Source of the DNA: a virus
Taxonomy: Duplodnaviria > Heunggongvirae > Uroviricota > Caudoviricetes
IMG/VR virus record: IMGVR_UViG_3300023174_009216
Reading direction: 5' to 3' (one strand)
Length of the DNA stretch: 64,000 bases
A program made the position numbers and the translations under genes. The notes under the pieces are model-generated. The model made no database searches, was not told the origin of the DNA, and worked only from the letters and a program-made list of their open reading frames with translations. This document shows positions 44,626 through 54,782 of the stretch, piece by piece (the first letter of the stretch is position 1; each line of letters starts with the position of its first letter).

Positions 44626-45210
44626 TTATTCATGATTTTCTATTTTATCTTCTAATTCTTCTAAACGTTTTTCTAGACTGCTAATCGTAGTATTGACTAT
44701 TTTAGCTTCTGGATCTAATTCTTTGATTCTCTGTATCAAATCATCTCTGTGTCCCTCTTCGTAGAATTTACCTGCTATAGCACTTTTAAGAGATTCCATT
44801 TGTTGAGTTCCGCTTATTGATATTCTGAGATCATAATCGCTCCATTTAGTTTTATAATCCCAGATAAGGAATCCTCCAGTGATTCTATTTTGTAAATCAT
44901 GAAGCCATCTATTTCTAACTCTCACTATGCTTTTATCGGACCCAAACAAATGTAAAAATCTAAGAAACCATCTTGGACACCACCACGGCTTAGCTTTATA
45001 ATCCATAAAGATAACTAGTGGCTCCATTGCTTTAAAAATATTTCCTCCTTCATTCCATGGCACTGAACCAAGATATCCATATTTTTCATTAAAGTCTTTA
45101 GGAAAAAATATCTCCCTGATATCATCTAAGACTATATTCCTTGTGTGTACTGGTCCGCTCTTTGCCTTCTTACCTTTAAAGATAACTATATCCTTTATTT
45201 TTTTACTCAT
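44626..45210 (-). CDS. hypothetical protein
   Basis: 194 aa ORF. Confidence 0.45.
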   Translation of the reverse strand: MSKKIKDIVIFKGKKAKSGPVHTRNIVLDDIREIFFPKDFNEKYGYLGSVPWNEGGNIFKAMEPLVIFMDYKAKPWWCPRWFLRFLHLFGSDKSIVRVRNRWLHDLQNRITGGFLIWDYKTKWSDYDLRISISGTQQMESLKSAIAGKFYEEGHRDDLIQRIKELDPEAKIVNTTISSLEKRLEELEDKIENHE

Positions 45211-45212
45211 AG

Positions 45213-45425
45213 CTAATTCTCCATATTTTTTATAAAGTGATTATTAATTTCCTGTTCTTCCCCTTCTGTCAATTCATCTTCACCATCACACTCTATACTA
45301 TCTACTGACCATCCATCCCAATCGTTCCATTCTGCAATAAGAGTGAACGTTCTTCCATCTTCCATGCTTCCGTTGAATTTCTTAGTGACACTAAATGTCT
45401 CTGGGGTTTCAAAATTAATTTCCAT
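45213..45425 (-). CDS. hypothetical acidic protein
   Basis: 70 aa ORF. Confidence 0.35.
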   Translation of the reverse strand: MEINFETPETFSVTKKFNGSMEDGRTFTLIAEWNDWDGWSVDSIECDGEDELTEGEEQEINNHFIKNMEN

Positions 45426-45436
45426 GATTTTATCTT

Positions 45437-46384
45437 TTAGTCCTTATTTGGCATATTCATAATAACTCCTTGTCCGTTACCCATCATGTAGTTAGGTAAT
45501 TTACCGTCCCATTTATTAATCCACTCCAATTGAATAATTTTTGGATTAGAAGCAATAGATGAACCTTTGATTTGTAGGGATTTAGCTTCACCCTCTGCTT
45601 TTTGAATTGCGATATCCTTATCAATCATTGCTTGCTTTAATGCTTCATCTTTCTGACGAGTGATCTGAACCATTGTTAGAACTTTTTGTTCTTCTAGTTT
45701 TTTCTGATTTATGCTAGCTTCATACGCTGGATTATAAAAAACTTCTCTAATTTGAGCAACCTCTACGATAAGATGATTACTCTGTAATTCTTTTCTAAGA
45801 GCTGCTTGTACCTTGGCCTGGATCTCAGAACGCTTATCTGAATAACATTCAATAGGAGTGTACTTTGAAACAGTAAGCGGCATGATAGATTTGATGGCTG
45901 GTCGAATAATATTTTCTTCTATCCAGTGGTATTTGCCTTCCCCGTCTTGATCTGCAGATATATTTGCAAAGATCCAAGATGCCTGATTGGGATCAATACG
46001 CCAATTCACTGAGATATCAAATCCCATTTTGATACCATCCGATGTTGGTGCCCAGATAGCGTCGTCAGTTGGTTTAGCACCTTCTTTAGGATTAGAGGTT
46101 AGGGTGTAGACCCAAACTGTTTTGTCCATTATCTTAACCGTGTTCCACGGTGCAACAAAATTCCAACCGGTTGTTAATTCCGTTTCGTTCACCCCTCTTG
46201 GTGTTACTACCACACCTACCTCTTGTGCATCGATCTTGTAGAGGGTTATATTAAAGATGAAAAAGAAAATAAAAGAAAAAATTGCGGGAATTAAAATACC
46301 TTTGAAAGGTAATTCACCATTGATCTTAGCAACTACTCCATAGACTAGAGCTAAGAAAGATAAGACTGTTAAAACTGTGATCAT
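45437..46384 (-). CDS. SPFH/band-7 (prohibitin/HflK-like) membrane protein
   Basis: N-terminal TM helix, a central band-7-like region, and a C-terminal coiled-coil QKKLEEQKVLTMVQITRQKDEALKQAMIDKDIAIQKAEGEAKSLQ. Confidence 0.45.
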   Translation of the reverse strand: MITVLTVLSFLALVYGVVAKINGELPFKGILIPAIFSFIFFFIFNITLYKIDAQEVGVVVTPRGVNETELTTGWNFVAPWNTVKIMDKTVWVYTLTSNPKEGAKPTDDAIWAPTSDGIKMGFDISVNWRIDPNQASWIFANISADQDGEGKYHWIEENIIRPAIKSIMPLTVSKYTPIECYSDKRSEIQAKVQAALRKELQSNHLIVEVAQIREVFYNPAYEASINQKKLEEQKVLTMVQITRQKDEALKQAMIDKDIAIQKAEGEAKSLQIKGSSIASNPKIIQLEWINKWDGKLPNYMMGNGQGVIMNMPNKD

Positions 46385-46411
46385 TTTTTTTAGATTTAAA
46401 TTGTTTATTAA

Positions 46412-46813
46412 TTATTGATTATCGATTATATAGATATACATAAAGCTGTCATAAATAACAGCTATACTTGAATTCATTGTTTTGTCCCTGTATGACATAA
46501 GGGCTACTATACATTTTCTATTTTTCTCATCCAGACATGACGCACTGGTTGTTTCTTTATTACGATCCTTTTTAGTTGGAAGATCTTCTATGATTCTATA
46601 GATAGAATGACTTTGATCATCCACTGAAATATAATCATCTTTGAATGTAAATGTGATTCCAGCATAGGCATAGTCCTGGAAATCATATTGCTCAGAAGAA
46701 GAGTTCCAATAGCCCAAACAATTCTTAAATGTTTTAAGTCTAACGGTATTATCCTGGGAATATGAGATTACTCCAGATAATAAGAATGCAAGAAGAATGG
46801 TGATTTTTTTCAT
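46412..46813 (-). CDS. putative lipoprotein
   Basis: MKKITILLAFLLSGVISYSQ signal peptide of the type common in Bacteroidetes secreted/lipoproteins. Confidence 0.4.
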   Translation of the reverse strand: MKKITILLAFLLSGVISYSQDNTVRLKTFKNCLGYWNSSSEQYDFQDYAYAGITFTFKDDYISVDDQSHSIYRIIEDLPTKKDRNKETTSASCLDEKNRKCIVALMSYRDKTMNSSIAVIYDSFMYIYIIDNQ

Positions 46814-46827
46814 TTTTAATTTTTATA

Positions 46828-47082
46828 TTATACTACTAATTTATCCGGGCTAATATCATGTTCATTTAGAATTTCCCAGAATTTGTCATATATTTTATCG
46901 AGTAATTCATACTCAGCAGCTATTGTGCTATCTTTGGCTTGAAGATCCCATACCATACTCTTTCTAGAGTTATATACAAACTCCCAGATAGACATTGCCA
47001 TGCCATATGACTTGGCTGCACGTTCAAATTCCAAGAGATCGTCAGGATCGGTTAGATCAAATTCCAGTATTGCTTTTGCCAT
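46828..47082 (-). CDS. hypothetical protein
   Basis: 84 aa ORF. Confidence 0.4.
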   Translation of the reverse strand: MAKAILEFDLTDPDDLLEFERAAKSYGMAMSIWEFVYNSRKSMVWDLQAKDSTIAAEYELLDKIYDKFWEILNEHDISPDKLVV

Positions 47083-47146
47083 TTTAATTTATTTAAACAA
47101 ATGTAATAATTTTTAAGGGGAATAAAAAATGTAAAATATTATCTTT

Positions 47147-48157
47147 CTATTCCGCTATTTGTAAATTATGATATTTTATAACATAATACTTACTAACAAA
47201 CGTACATAATGTAGCATCTGTATCGATAGAATAAGAATTTGAAAAATTAACTTCCCCTATTTTTACATTAATTTTTTTTCCTGAGATTATAAAATCAGTT
47301 ACATCTATAACATTTACTGAATAGTTTGGCCTAATAGAATGAATTCTCTTCTCGTCATCAATTTGTATTTCCAAAATATAATCCTTAGATTTATTGGTAA
47401 AAACTGAGACGAAGTAATTTTCAAGCCCCTGTTCTTTAGTAAGATAAATTATAATTTCTCCATTTATTATATTTGTATCAAATTTATGAAAATCTATAAC
47501 ATTATCAGAGTTTAATAGTAATGATCTGTCATCGCTTTTTATTTTTAAACCATTTTTATCAGAGAAATATTTATGTATAAAACTTTCTAGAACCGGCTCA
47601 TTCTCTACTAGAAAATCTTTTTTAGATTTTATATTCTTAGAGCAATTTAAAAAAGGATCAATTCTGGCTGAAAAAATTCCGCAATCTAAAGATCTCATAT
47701 TAGCATCATAAGAAAGATCATGATAACCAAATATGTCACAGGATTCAAGCATGTATGAATGTTTCTTCAAAAGTGATTCCTCATTTATTATATAATCGTA
47801 ATTGACAAAATGAGAAATCGAATATCCGTTAGCCCAAGCTATAGCTAAAGCATTTGTGTATAATCTTAGTATAGAGTATGAATGATATTTTATTGCCTGT
47901 GATGATTGATAATAATCTCCGTTAGTAAAATAAAAAGAATAAGACTTATCAAACTCATCTTCCCCAAAGATTATAGGCAAATTCGTAGAGTCGTAAACAA
48001 AATAATTTACAGTATTTACTATATTTTCGGGAATTGGTATATGACTACTTAAAATAATATCAAATCCCTGCTTATTAATTTGGGATATACAATTAGATAA
48101 GGTTAATATTTTTTCTTCACTATCAGCATGAGACGATATTATTACTATTTCTTTCAT
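47147..48157 (-). CDS. hypothetical protein
   Basis: 336 aa ORF. Confidence 0.5.
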   Translation of the reverse strand: MKEIVIISSHADSEEKILTLSNCISQINKQGFDIILSSHIPIPENIVNTVNYFVYDSTNLPIIFGEDEFDKSYSFYFTNGDYYQSSQAIKYHSYSILRLYTNALAIAWANGYSISHFVNYDYIINEESLLKKHSYMLESCDIFGYHDLSYDANMRSLDCGIFSARIDPFLNCSKNIKSKKDFLVENEPVLESFIHKYFSDKNGLKIKSDDRSLLLNSDNVIDFHKFDTNIINGEIIIYLTKEQGLENYFVSVFTNKSKDYILEIQIDDEKRIHSIRPNYSVNVIDVTDFIISGKKINVKIGEVNFSNSYSIDTDATLCTFVSKYYVIKYHNLQIAE

Positions 48158-48173
48158 CCTATATTTTTAATAT

Positions 48174-48830
48174 TTATATTATATCATAATAGCCGCCTAT
48201 CTCAAAAACCGTTTTTTCGTTTTTAGTTTTTCTTTGGCTGCTTTTAAAATTTGATTCGCTAGAAATTCTAAAGTCCATGCTAATCCTAGTGTCTTCTGTG
48301 ATGTTTATTTTGTTTCCATGTCTTAAATTAGTTCCGTCCCATCTAACAATTTCGCCGTAGTTGCAATTCATAGGTATGTAATCTCCTTTATCCTCCTGTG
48401 TTTCAAACCATATTGTATTGGTATCATATGCATCGGTAAATGGCAAATAATAGTTATCTTCTTTTATTGATTGATGCCAATCGCTTTCTCTTAAATCCTT
48501 ATCTTTATGAAACATCCCTACTGAAAGCCCATTTGGAAAATGTATTCTAAATGTTGGTATCTTTTGGTAAACAATTCTTTCACCATCATATAAGGGTTTT
48601 ATTACTTTCTGAATTAAATCTTTATAGATAGAGCTAATTGATTCAAAGTTGCTGTAATACTTTTGATGATATTTGGATTGCTGAAAATTATGAGTGTCTT
48701 CGACTGATTTTTTTATAAGATCTGTAAAATTTTCTGATAAATGAATTTTTGATAGATCACCATATTCTAATACTTGAGAAATCCTATCCCTGAATGGATA
48801 TAGATCTTTATCGTAAATTATTTTTTTCAT
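48174..48830 (-). CDS. hypothetical protein
   Basis: 218 aa ORF. Confidence 0.5.
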   Translation of the reverse strand: MKKIIYDKDLYPFRDRISQVLEYGDLSKIHLSENFTDLIKKSVEDTHNFQQSKYHQKYYSNFESISSIYKDLIQKVIKPLYDGERIVYQKIPTFRIHFPNGLSVGMFHKDKDLRESDWHQSIKEDNYYLPFTDAYDTNTIWFETQEDKGDYIPMNCNYGEIVRWDGTNLRHGNKINITEDTRISMDFRISSESNFKSSQRKTKNEKTVFEIGGYYDII

Positions 48831-48833
48831 TTT

Positions 48834-49427
48834 CTATTTTTTAATTCCCCAGAAATATAGATCGCAATGGTTAGGCTCAACAGAGAATTCATAGGAAGAA
48901 AATATTAGATCAACATCTATACATTCTCTTATGTCTTTTTCTGTCACATTTCTATAGTATTCATTATCCCACTCCCTTCTAAAAACATTAGGCATTGTGA
49001 TCCAAGAATTTGCAGGATTTCCTTGAGCTGTTTTTAAATTTTTTCTATCTATAGAATCTTGTGTTTTAGTCCCATGAACAGGTCTTCCTGTTGTTGCACA
49101 TGTGAAAATAAAAAATCCTCCAGATTTTAGCATTCTTACTGAATTCTGAATACTCTCCTTGTAAAATGGATTATGCTCCCAACACTCACAAGATATTATA
49201 GTATCAAACGTTTCATCAGGGGCATCGTATTCATTTGCAGGACAAACAACATCTACTCCTTTCCCGGGACCTATGTCTAGTCCGATAAAATCACATTCAT
49301 CAAACCATGGTTTTTCGTTACCATTAACATCAAAAGACCCTATATCCAAAACTTTCTTACATTTAAAAGCCTCTGGAAATTTATTTTTCATTAAATCAAG
49401 AAAATCTTTCTGCTCTTTGTGCGCCAT
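48834..49427 (-). CDS. class I SAM-dependent methyltransferase
   Basis: VLDIGSFDVNG / GLDIGPGKG motif I and LKSGGFFIF motif. Confidence 0.55.
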   Translation of the reverse strand: MAHKEQKDFLDLMKNKFPEAFKCKKVLDIGSFDVNGNEKPWFDECDFIGLDIGPGKGVDVVCPANEYDAPDETFDTIISCECWEHNPFYKESIQNSVRMLKSGGFFIFTCATTGRPVHGTKTQDSIDRKNLKTAQGNPANSWITMPNVFRREWDNEYYRNVTEKDIRECIDVDLIFSSYEFSVEPNHCDLYFWGIKK

Positions 49428-49461
49428 TCTTTCTAATTAAGGTTGTTACCTCTATTATAGA

Positions 49462-49674
49462 TTAAAGGCCCATTAAATGTTTCCCGAAATCAGTCCAATC
49501 GAGTCCGCCTGTTTTTTTATCAATGAAAAGTATTTTCTTTTCAAAGACACAATGCTTCAGAAATTTTTCGCCAAATTTTTCTGAAGCAACTTCCATTGTG
49601 CAAAGATCCGTCATAATTTTTTTGTCCTTCACAAAGCACATTAAATTGAACTCTTTGCTAAATATCTCTAGCAT
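49462..49674 (-). CDS. hypothetical protein
   Basis: 70 aa ORF. Confidence 0.35.
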   Translation of the reverse strand: MLEIFSKEFNLMCFVKDKKIMTDLCTMEVASEKFGEKFLKHCVFEKKILFIDKKTGGLDWTDFGKHLMGL

Positions 49675-49697
49675 TTTTATTTTTTATAGTATGGGTT

Positions 49698-49895
49698 TCA
49701 GATGTTATCTTCGCCTTGATGTGTTTCTAGCTCCTTAATGATATCGTCTATCTTCTGTACATCTGTTTTAAGAAGAGACATGAGTTTATCTATCTGTTCT
49801 TGAGAGAGAACAAGAGGTAACTTATCTGCGTTCTCTAGCAGATAGTTTATTTTTTCCTCATCAAAATTTAAAAGTGATTCTAGATTATTCTCCAT
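49698..49895 (-). CDS. hypothetical protein
   Basis: 65 aa ORF. Confidence 0.35.
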   Translation of the reverse strand: MENNLESLLNFDEEKINYLLENADKLPLVLSQEQIDKLMSLLKTDVQKIDDIIKELETHQGEDNI

Positions 49896-50142
49896 CTAAA
49901 ATAATTGATTTGTTTTCTAATAATGAATCCGGAATTCCTTTTATCTTAGATGCAACAAATTCTGGAATTTTTCCACATTCCTGACATGCAACAAGATCTA
50001 TAGGAGCATGTTCTTCTTTCCCTGTTGGTGATTCAAATTGGGAGATTTTTTTAACCATCGTAACAGGCTTAAATAAATAAGAGCCACATTTACAATTTAT
50101 CCACGGAGCATCTGAAATGCTAAAAGGAACTTGATTTTCCAT
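49885..50142 (-). CDS. zinc-ribbon protein
   Basis: CKCGSYLF...CQECGKIPEF. Confidence 0.4.
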   Translation of the reverse strand: MENQVPFSISDAPWINCKCGSYLFKPVTMVKKISQFESPTGKEEHAPIDLVACQECGKIPEFVASKIKGIPDSLLENKSIILDGE

Positions 50143-50149
50143 ATTTAAT

Positions 50150-50542
50150 TTATATTATTTTTTTCTTTAGGGTTGATACTATACTGTAAACATCATCAGA
50201 AGGACATTCAGGATGTTCTTTAGACATATTAATTAGAAGATCGAAAAAATTTCGTGTTGATTCTTCGTGTTCAGGAGTGTTCATCCTATTATTTACTATA
50301 CTCCATGATTTAGAAACTGCCTTAATTATGTTGCTCTTATTTTCGTAATTGGAGTTTATAATTCTCCAGATATTTTCTCTTATCTCTTTCTCCGAGAAAT
50401 AAAAATCGTGTATAGCGGGAGCGTATTCTCCCTCGTTAACATAACAATCAGATTTGGTCATGTAATGATTAAATGATTCAAAGTTTTTTGAACCAACCAT
50501 TAATAGGGATTCGTCGGAAATAAATCTTTTATTCAAGCCCAT
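50150..50542 (-). CDS. hypothetical protein
   Basis: 130 aa ORF. Confidence 0.45.
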   Translation of the reverse strand: MGLNKRFISDESLLMVGSKNFESFNHYMTKSDCYVNEGEYAPAIHDFYFSEKEIRENIWRIINSNYENKSNIIKAVSKSWSIVNNRMNTPEHEESTRNFFDLLINMSKEHPECPSDDVYSIVSTLKKKII

Positions 50543-50925
50543 TATTTTTTATTATTAGAAAATAGATTTTTTATTTGCTGAAGTCTTTCCCCATCAGTCA
50601 TTTCTTTTTTTGGAACATACTCCTCGAAATCATCTGCTACTCTTAATTTTTCAACGCAGTCCCAAAGTGAAGGAATATCATAGCAAATTGGTGTGCCATC
50701 CTCGTCCCATGCTTGATCCCCGCCTTCATCTGACCTTTCATATAAAAACCAAGATATCCAATCCTCCCCAGCTTCTCCGTAATAGACCTTTAATAAATGA
50801 CTTATTATTTTATGATAGGGATCTGAGATAGATTGTATATCCAATCCCATCTTGTAAAATTTACTATCAGTCTCTGAAGCAGATTTTATCTCACTAATTA
50901 AATATTGGAATGTCTCTATCTTCAT
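50542..50925 (-). CDS. hypothetical protein
   Basis: 127 aa ORF. Confidence 0.45.
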   Translation of the reverse strand: MKIETFQYLISEIKSASETDSKFYKMGLDIQSISDPYHKIISHLLKVYYGEAGEDWISWFLYERSDEGGDQAWDEDGTPICYDIPSLWDCVEKLRVADDFEEYVPKKEMTDGERLQQIKNLFSNNKK

Positions 50926-50968
50926 ATCTTTATTCTATTCTTAAGATCCTTAAATGTTTCTTAGATGA

Positions 50969-51433
50969 TTATATATCGGAATTTTTAGAAAATATTGGTT
51001 CCGAAATCTTTATGACTGGTCTAGATCTTAATGATTCTTCTGGGTCTATTATTTTTTCTTCCATCTCTTCAGGATCAGTTTCAAGCTTAACATTCACACC
51101 AAAATAATTAAAAGTGTTTCTTATGTGGTCAACAGTTATTATAGGTTCATCCTCTGTCTTTGATTTCTCGATTCCATTAACCTTTATAATTATCTTTTTA
51201 AACTTCTCCCTCTTTTCCTTTTCTACTTTCTTTTCTATCTTTTTATCTATCCAATCCAATGGATCTCTTTCAGGCATAAATCCACCACCCCCACCTCCAA
51301 TAGCTTCTCCTACCTCTATAATGATAAAGACCTCGCTCCAGATAAAATCTATAGTTCCCTCTGGACCCGCATTTGGTCCATTCCACCAAACCCTATCATC
51401 ACTCCAATCAAGGTAAATTTTTTGTTGTGCCAT
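50969..51433 (-). CDS. hypothetical protein
   Basis: 154 aa ORF with a GGGGGF tract. Confidence 0.45.
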   Translation of the reverse strand: MAQQKIYLDWSDDRVWWNGPNAGPEGTIDFIWSEVFIIIEVGEAIGGGGGGFMPERDPLDWIDKKIEKKVEKEKREKFKKIIIKVNGIEKSKTEDEPIITVDHIRNTFNYFGVNVKLETDPEEMEEKIIDPEESLRSRPVIKISEPIFSKNSDI

Positions 51434-51448
51434 ATTTTATAAGTGTAT

Positions 51449-54046
51449 CTATCCTACACCACCTGAACTTAAGAGAGATTGTGAACTAGGTGGAATAGTA
51501 AATATCCACCCAGAACCAACCGTAGCTACAGCCTGGTTATTAGTGCTATTAGCTCCCGCATACCATGTTGATGCTGGGGATGCAACACTATGTTGAATAT
51601 TAAGATAATCACAATTTACGATTCCCCTTCCTTGTCTGCTCAATGAATGGGCTGCTGTTGTTGTACTATTGATAGTTATTAGAGCACCAGCGCTCCCTCT
51701 CACATTAAATCTAACAAAATTATTTACACTAGCTGCAGTGAATATTAAAGAATGAGCTGCAGTAGATGTGGTGTCTATAAAGTTTACAAATGTATTGTTT
51801 CCACTAAGGGTAAGAGTTCCTCCACCCCCACCTCTAGCATATTCTAATGTATAATAAACAATAGATCCCCCCGCAAAAGTAACAGCAGTAGCTGATGTAT
51901 CAGTAATAACTATTCTACTCTTTTGAGGATCAAGTCCCATGTTAGTGGAAGTAGCTAAATTCCAAACTGTACCTGTACCTGTAAGGGTCCAAGTCCCACT
52001 GCCCATATATAATACCCGGGTATTTGTGTTAGCGCTAGAAAATATTCCACAAGTTATATTAGCACCATTGTAAACATAGATCGAGCTATTAATATTGCTT
52101 GAAGTAAAAGTAAATGTTCCTGTACCAATATTAAAATTACCATTAATAAGAAATAATCCAGCTCCCGTAATAGTAACAGCAGCATTGGTTAAAGTAAATG
52201 TGCTATTAATATTGACTGTTCCCGCTGAAGATACTGCTAAAAGGGCATTAGAGTTAAATGCATCCACAAATGTAAATGTACCATTCAAAATCCCTGGTCC
52301 TAGTGTATCATTTAATGTTATGTTACCAGTAACAAGACTTTTACCGGCAAGAGTTATTCTTGAGTTGTTTAATAATGCATATCCAAGTCCTCTAAATATA
52401 AACGAAGGAGTAAGTGTCGGATTACCCATTGTGGAAACAAGTGTAAGATCCCCGTCTATAGTTATTACTTGGGAGCCTCCATTAGACCAAACCACGTTTG
52501 TTCCCCCGCTAAAAATAAGTTCAGCAACATTCCCTGTACTAAAAGAAACAACAGCTCCCCCAGTATTTGTTACATAAACTCTAGGATCACCTGTAGTACC
52601 TGGTGCAAGAGTAATAGATCCTGAACCGGTTCCACCTAATTCGCAGTATCCGTTACCAGGATACACCACAGTATTGAAACTGAGCGTTCTAGCAGATGTT
52701 TGAGCCCCTGTTACAATTATTGAATTGGTATTCCAGCCTAATCCTGTAACTGTAGTAGCTGTTATTAATGTACCAAGTCCGGTTAAATACAGGGTTCCTC
52801 CAATTTGAAAAGTTCTACTATTAGAATTAGATGTTGTAATCTGACCTATATAAGCATCAGTAGAAGTTACAAATAAACCTGCGGTTAAGGTAAAAAGGGC
52901 TGAAGTTGTAAAAGTTGCGCTAGCTGTAGCACCATTAATAAGTCCGCTATTTGTAATTGTTACAGGGCCACTAGTTGTAAAAGCATCAGCAAATGTATAT
53001 GCAACATTGTTTCCCACATCAGATATAGTTATTGTTCCTGTTACAAAACTTTTACCAGCACTTGTGATAGTTTGAGAATTTGCTCCTGCACCATTTAATG
53101 TTATAGACGGGGTAAGGACAGGAGCTCCCTGTGTAGATGTCAATGTAACATTACCTATACAAGTGAGTGTTTGAGATGCTGCATTAGACCACACAGCATT
53201 TGTTCCTGATTGAAATGTAATATTATTATAAAGTCCTGTTCCAAGACTTATAGCAGCTCCACCTGTATTAGTAACTATAATATTACAATAAACACCAGTG
53301 GCAGTAGTGGATGTAAATGTCATATTTCCAGATCCTGAACCAGCTAAATAAACATTTGTATTAAAAGGATAAAAAAATCCTGTTATAGCTAAAGATCTAG
53401 CTGAAGCTTGTGCTCCTGTTATATAAAAATCATTAACGTTAAATGAAAGATTTGTTTGTGTAGCTCCTATAGTTGCAAGAGTTCCTGCTCCTGTAAAGCT
53501 CATAGAATTAAAACTAATATTTCTAGTTAATGAATTACTAGTTATTGTAAAAGTACCAACACTTATAGTGGATCCATTTATACCACCTTGTGTCATAGTC
53601 AATATTCCTGATGTAGCAAATGCATCTGTACAGCTAAGATTTAAATTTGAACCACTAATAGTTATGTTACTACCTGGCCATGTTACACCATTAGATGTTA
53701 TATTAAAACCTGTTGTACCATTAAATGTTATAGCTCCTGCATATGTATATGTAGTAGATGCACTAAGAATTAACCCTCCAGATATAAAAACAGCTCCTGT
53801 ACCACTTTGAGCAAAAGTCCCTGTATAGTCTGATGTACCTGATAAGCCTCTAAAGCTAAGGCTTAAACATACTCTGTTAGATGTATTCACTGTAACTGTA
53901 CCACCACCTGAGTTAGCATCAAAATAAACATCATCAGCAGCTGTAGGTATAGAAGCTCCTCCTGTTCCACCAGATGTAGCAGACCATTTAGTACCTACAG
54001 TAGCATCCCAGGTACCAGTTCCTCCTACCCAAAATCTGTTTGCCAT
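51449..54046 (-). CDS. large fibre/structural protein, Gly/Thr/Ser/Asn-rich repeats (beta-helix-like)
   Basis: 865 aa with recurring GxG, TFT and NxT short repeats typical of tail-fibre-like proteins. Confidence 0.55.
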   Translation of the reverse strand: MANRFWVGGTGTWDATVGTKWSATSGGTGGASIPTAADDVYFDANSGGGTVTVNTSNRVCLSLSFRGLSGTSDYTGTFAQSGTGAVFISGGLILSASTTYTYAGAITFNGTTGFNITSNGVTWPGSNITISGSNLNLSCTDAFATSGILTMTQGGINGSTISVGTFTITSNSLTRNISFNSMSFTGAGTLATIGATQTNLSFNVNDFYITGAQASARSLAITGFFYPFNTNVYLAGSGSGNMTFTSTTATGVYCNIIVTNTGGAAISLGTGLYNNITFQSGTNAVWSNAASQTLTCIGNVTLTSTQGAPVLTPSITLNGAGANSQTITSAGKSFVTGTITISDVGNNVAYTFADAFTTSGPVTITNSGLINGATASATFTTSALFTLTAGLFVTSTDAYIGQITTSNSNSRTFQIGGTLYLTGLGTLITATTVTGLGWNTNSIIVTGAQTSARTLSFNTVVYPGNGYCELGGTGSGSITLAPGTTGDPRVYVTNTGGAVVSFSTGNVAELIFSGGTNVVWSNGGSQVITIDGDLTLVSTMGNPTLTPSFIFRGLGYALLNNSRITLAGKSLVTGNITLNDTLGPGILNGTFTFVDAFNSNALLAVSSAGTVNINSTFTLTNAAVTITGAGLFLINGNFNIGTGTFTFTSSNINSSIYVYNGANITCGIFSSANTNTRVLYMGSGTWTLTGTGTVWNLATSTNMGLDPQKSRIVITDTSATAVTFAGGSIVYYTLEYARGGGGGTLTLSGNNTFVNFIDTTSTAAHSLIFTAASVNNFVRFNVRGSAGALITINSTTTAAHSLSRQGRGIVNCDYLNIQHSVASPASTWYAGANSTNNQAVATVGSGWIFTIPPSSQSLLSSGGVG

Positions 54047-54047
54047 A

Positions 54048-54296
54048 TTAGATAGCTTCTGTTAAATTAAGTTGTTGTAATACGTAGTTTTTAACTACGT
54101 TATCATCTGTTCCCCATGTATCTATAATAGACTGAGGTAATATCATAGTGCCTTCTTTAGAAATACCATTACCACTCACTTTCCAAAATACATTTACAGA
54201 TGTAGGGAATAAAGGAAATGGTTGCACTATAATTTCAAGTGTGTCAGCTGTACCATCTAATGGTAATTGGACAAAATTTGTAGGAACAATTTGCAT
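54048..54296 (-). CDS. hypothetical structural-module protein
   Basis: 82 aa ORF in tight array with the fibre genes. Confidence 0.4.
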   Translation of the reverse strand: MQIVPTNFVQLPLDGTADTLEIIVQPFPLFPTSVNVFWKVSGNGISKEGTMILPQSIIDTWGTDDNVVKNYVLQQLNLTEAI

Positions 54297-54302
54297 ATTA
54301 GT

Positions 54303-54764
54303 TTATTTATAAAATATATTAATAATAAGATCATTAAGAGCAACTGCTGTATTATCAGCATTAGTTAAACCTGTAACTGTTGTGATTGCTATACCTGTGC
54401 TAAAATCTATTCCATCAGGAAATGATACGTTAGCTGCTGCAAGACCTGGAATAACTATAGATAGATACACTGCAGATCCAGCTGTTGGTGTACCTGCTGT
54501 ATTATGAAAAGCTACCTTTCTAGCAGAAGCATTTGAATTGTATATATACCACCCTGTTACTTTACCTGCACTAGCTTTTATAGATATCGGATTAGTAGTA
54601 GCAGCACTAACAATTGCTTGTGAACTTACTGCAGATACAGAATCACCACCTGTTGCTCCCGCTTGTATAGTTACAGGAACGGCTGTTTGGTTATTAGCTA
54701 TTGCTACGGGCAATGAGCCCGACATTGATGTTTGGCCTAAAGCTGGTTGCGGATTATATGCCAT
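54303..54764 (-). CDS. hypothetical Ala/Thr/Gly-rich structural protein
   Basis: 153 aa ORF. Confidence 0.45.
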   Translation of the reverse strand: MAYNPQPALGQTSMSGSLPVAIANNQTAVPVTIQAGATGGDSVSAVSSQAIVSAATTNPISIKASAGKVTGWYIYNSNASARKVAFHNTAGTPTAGSAVYLSIVIPGLAAANVSFPDGIDFSTGIAITTVTGLTNADNTAVALNDLIINIFYK

Positions 54765-54782
54765 GTTTTTATACTAATTTAT

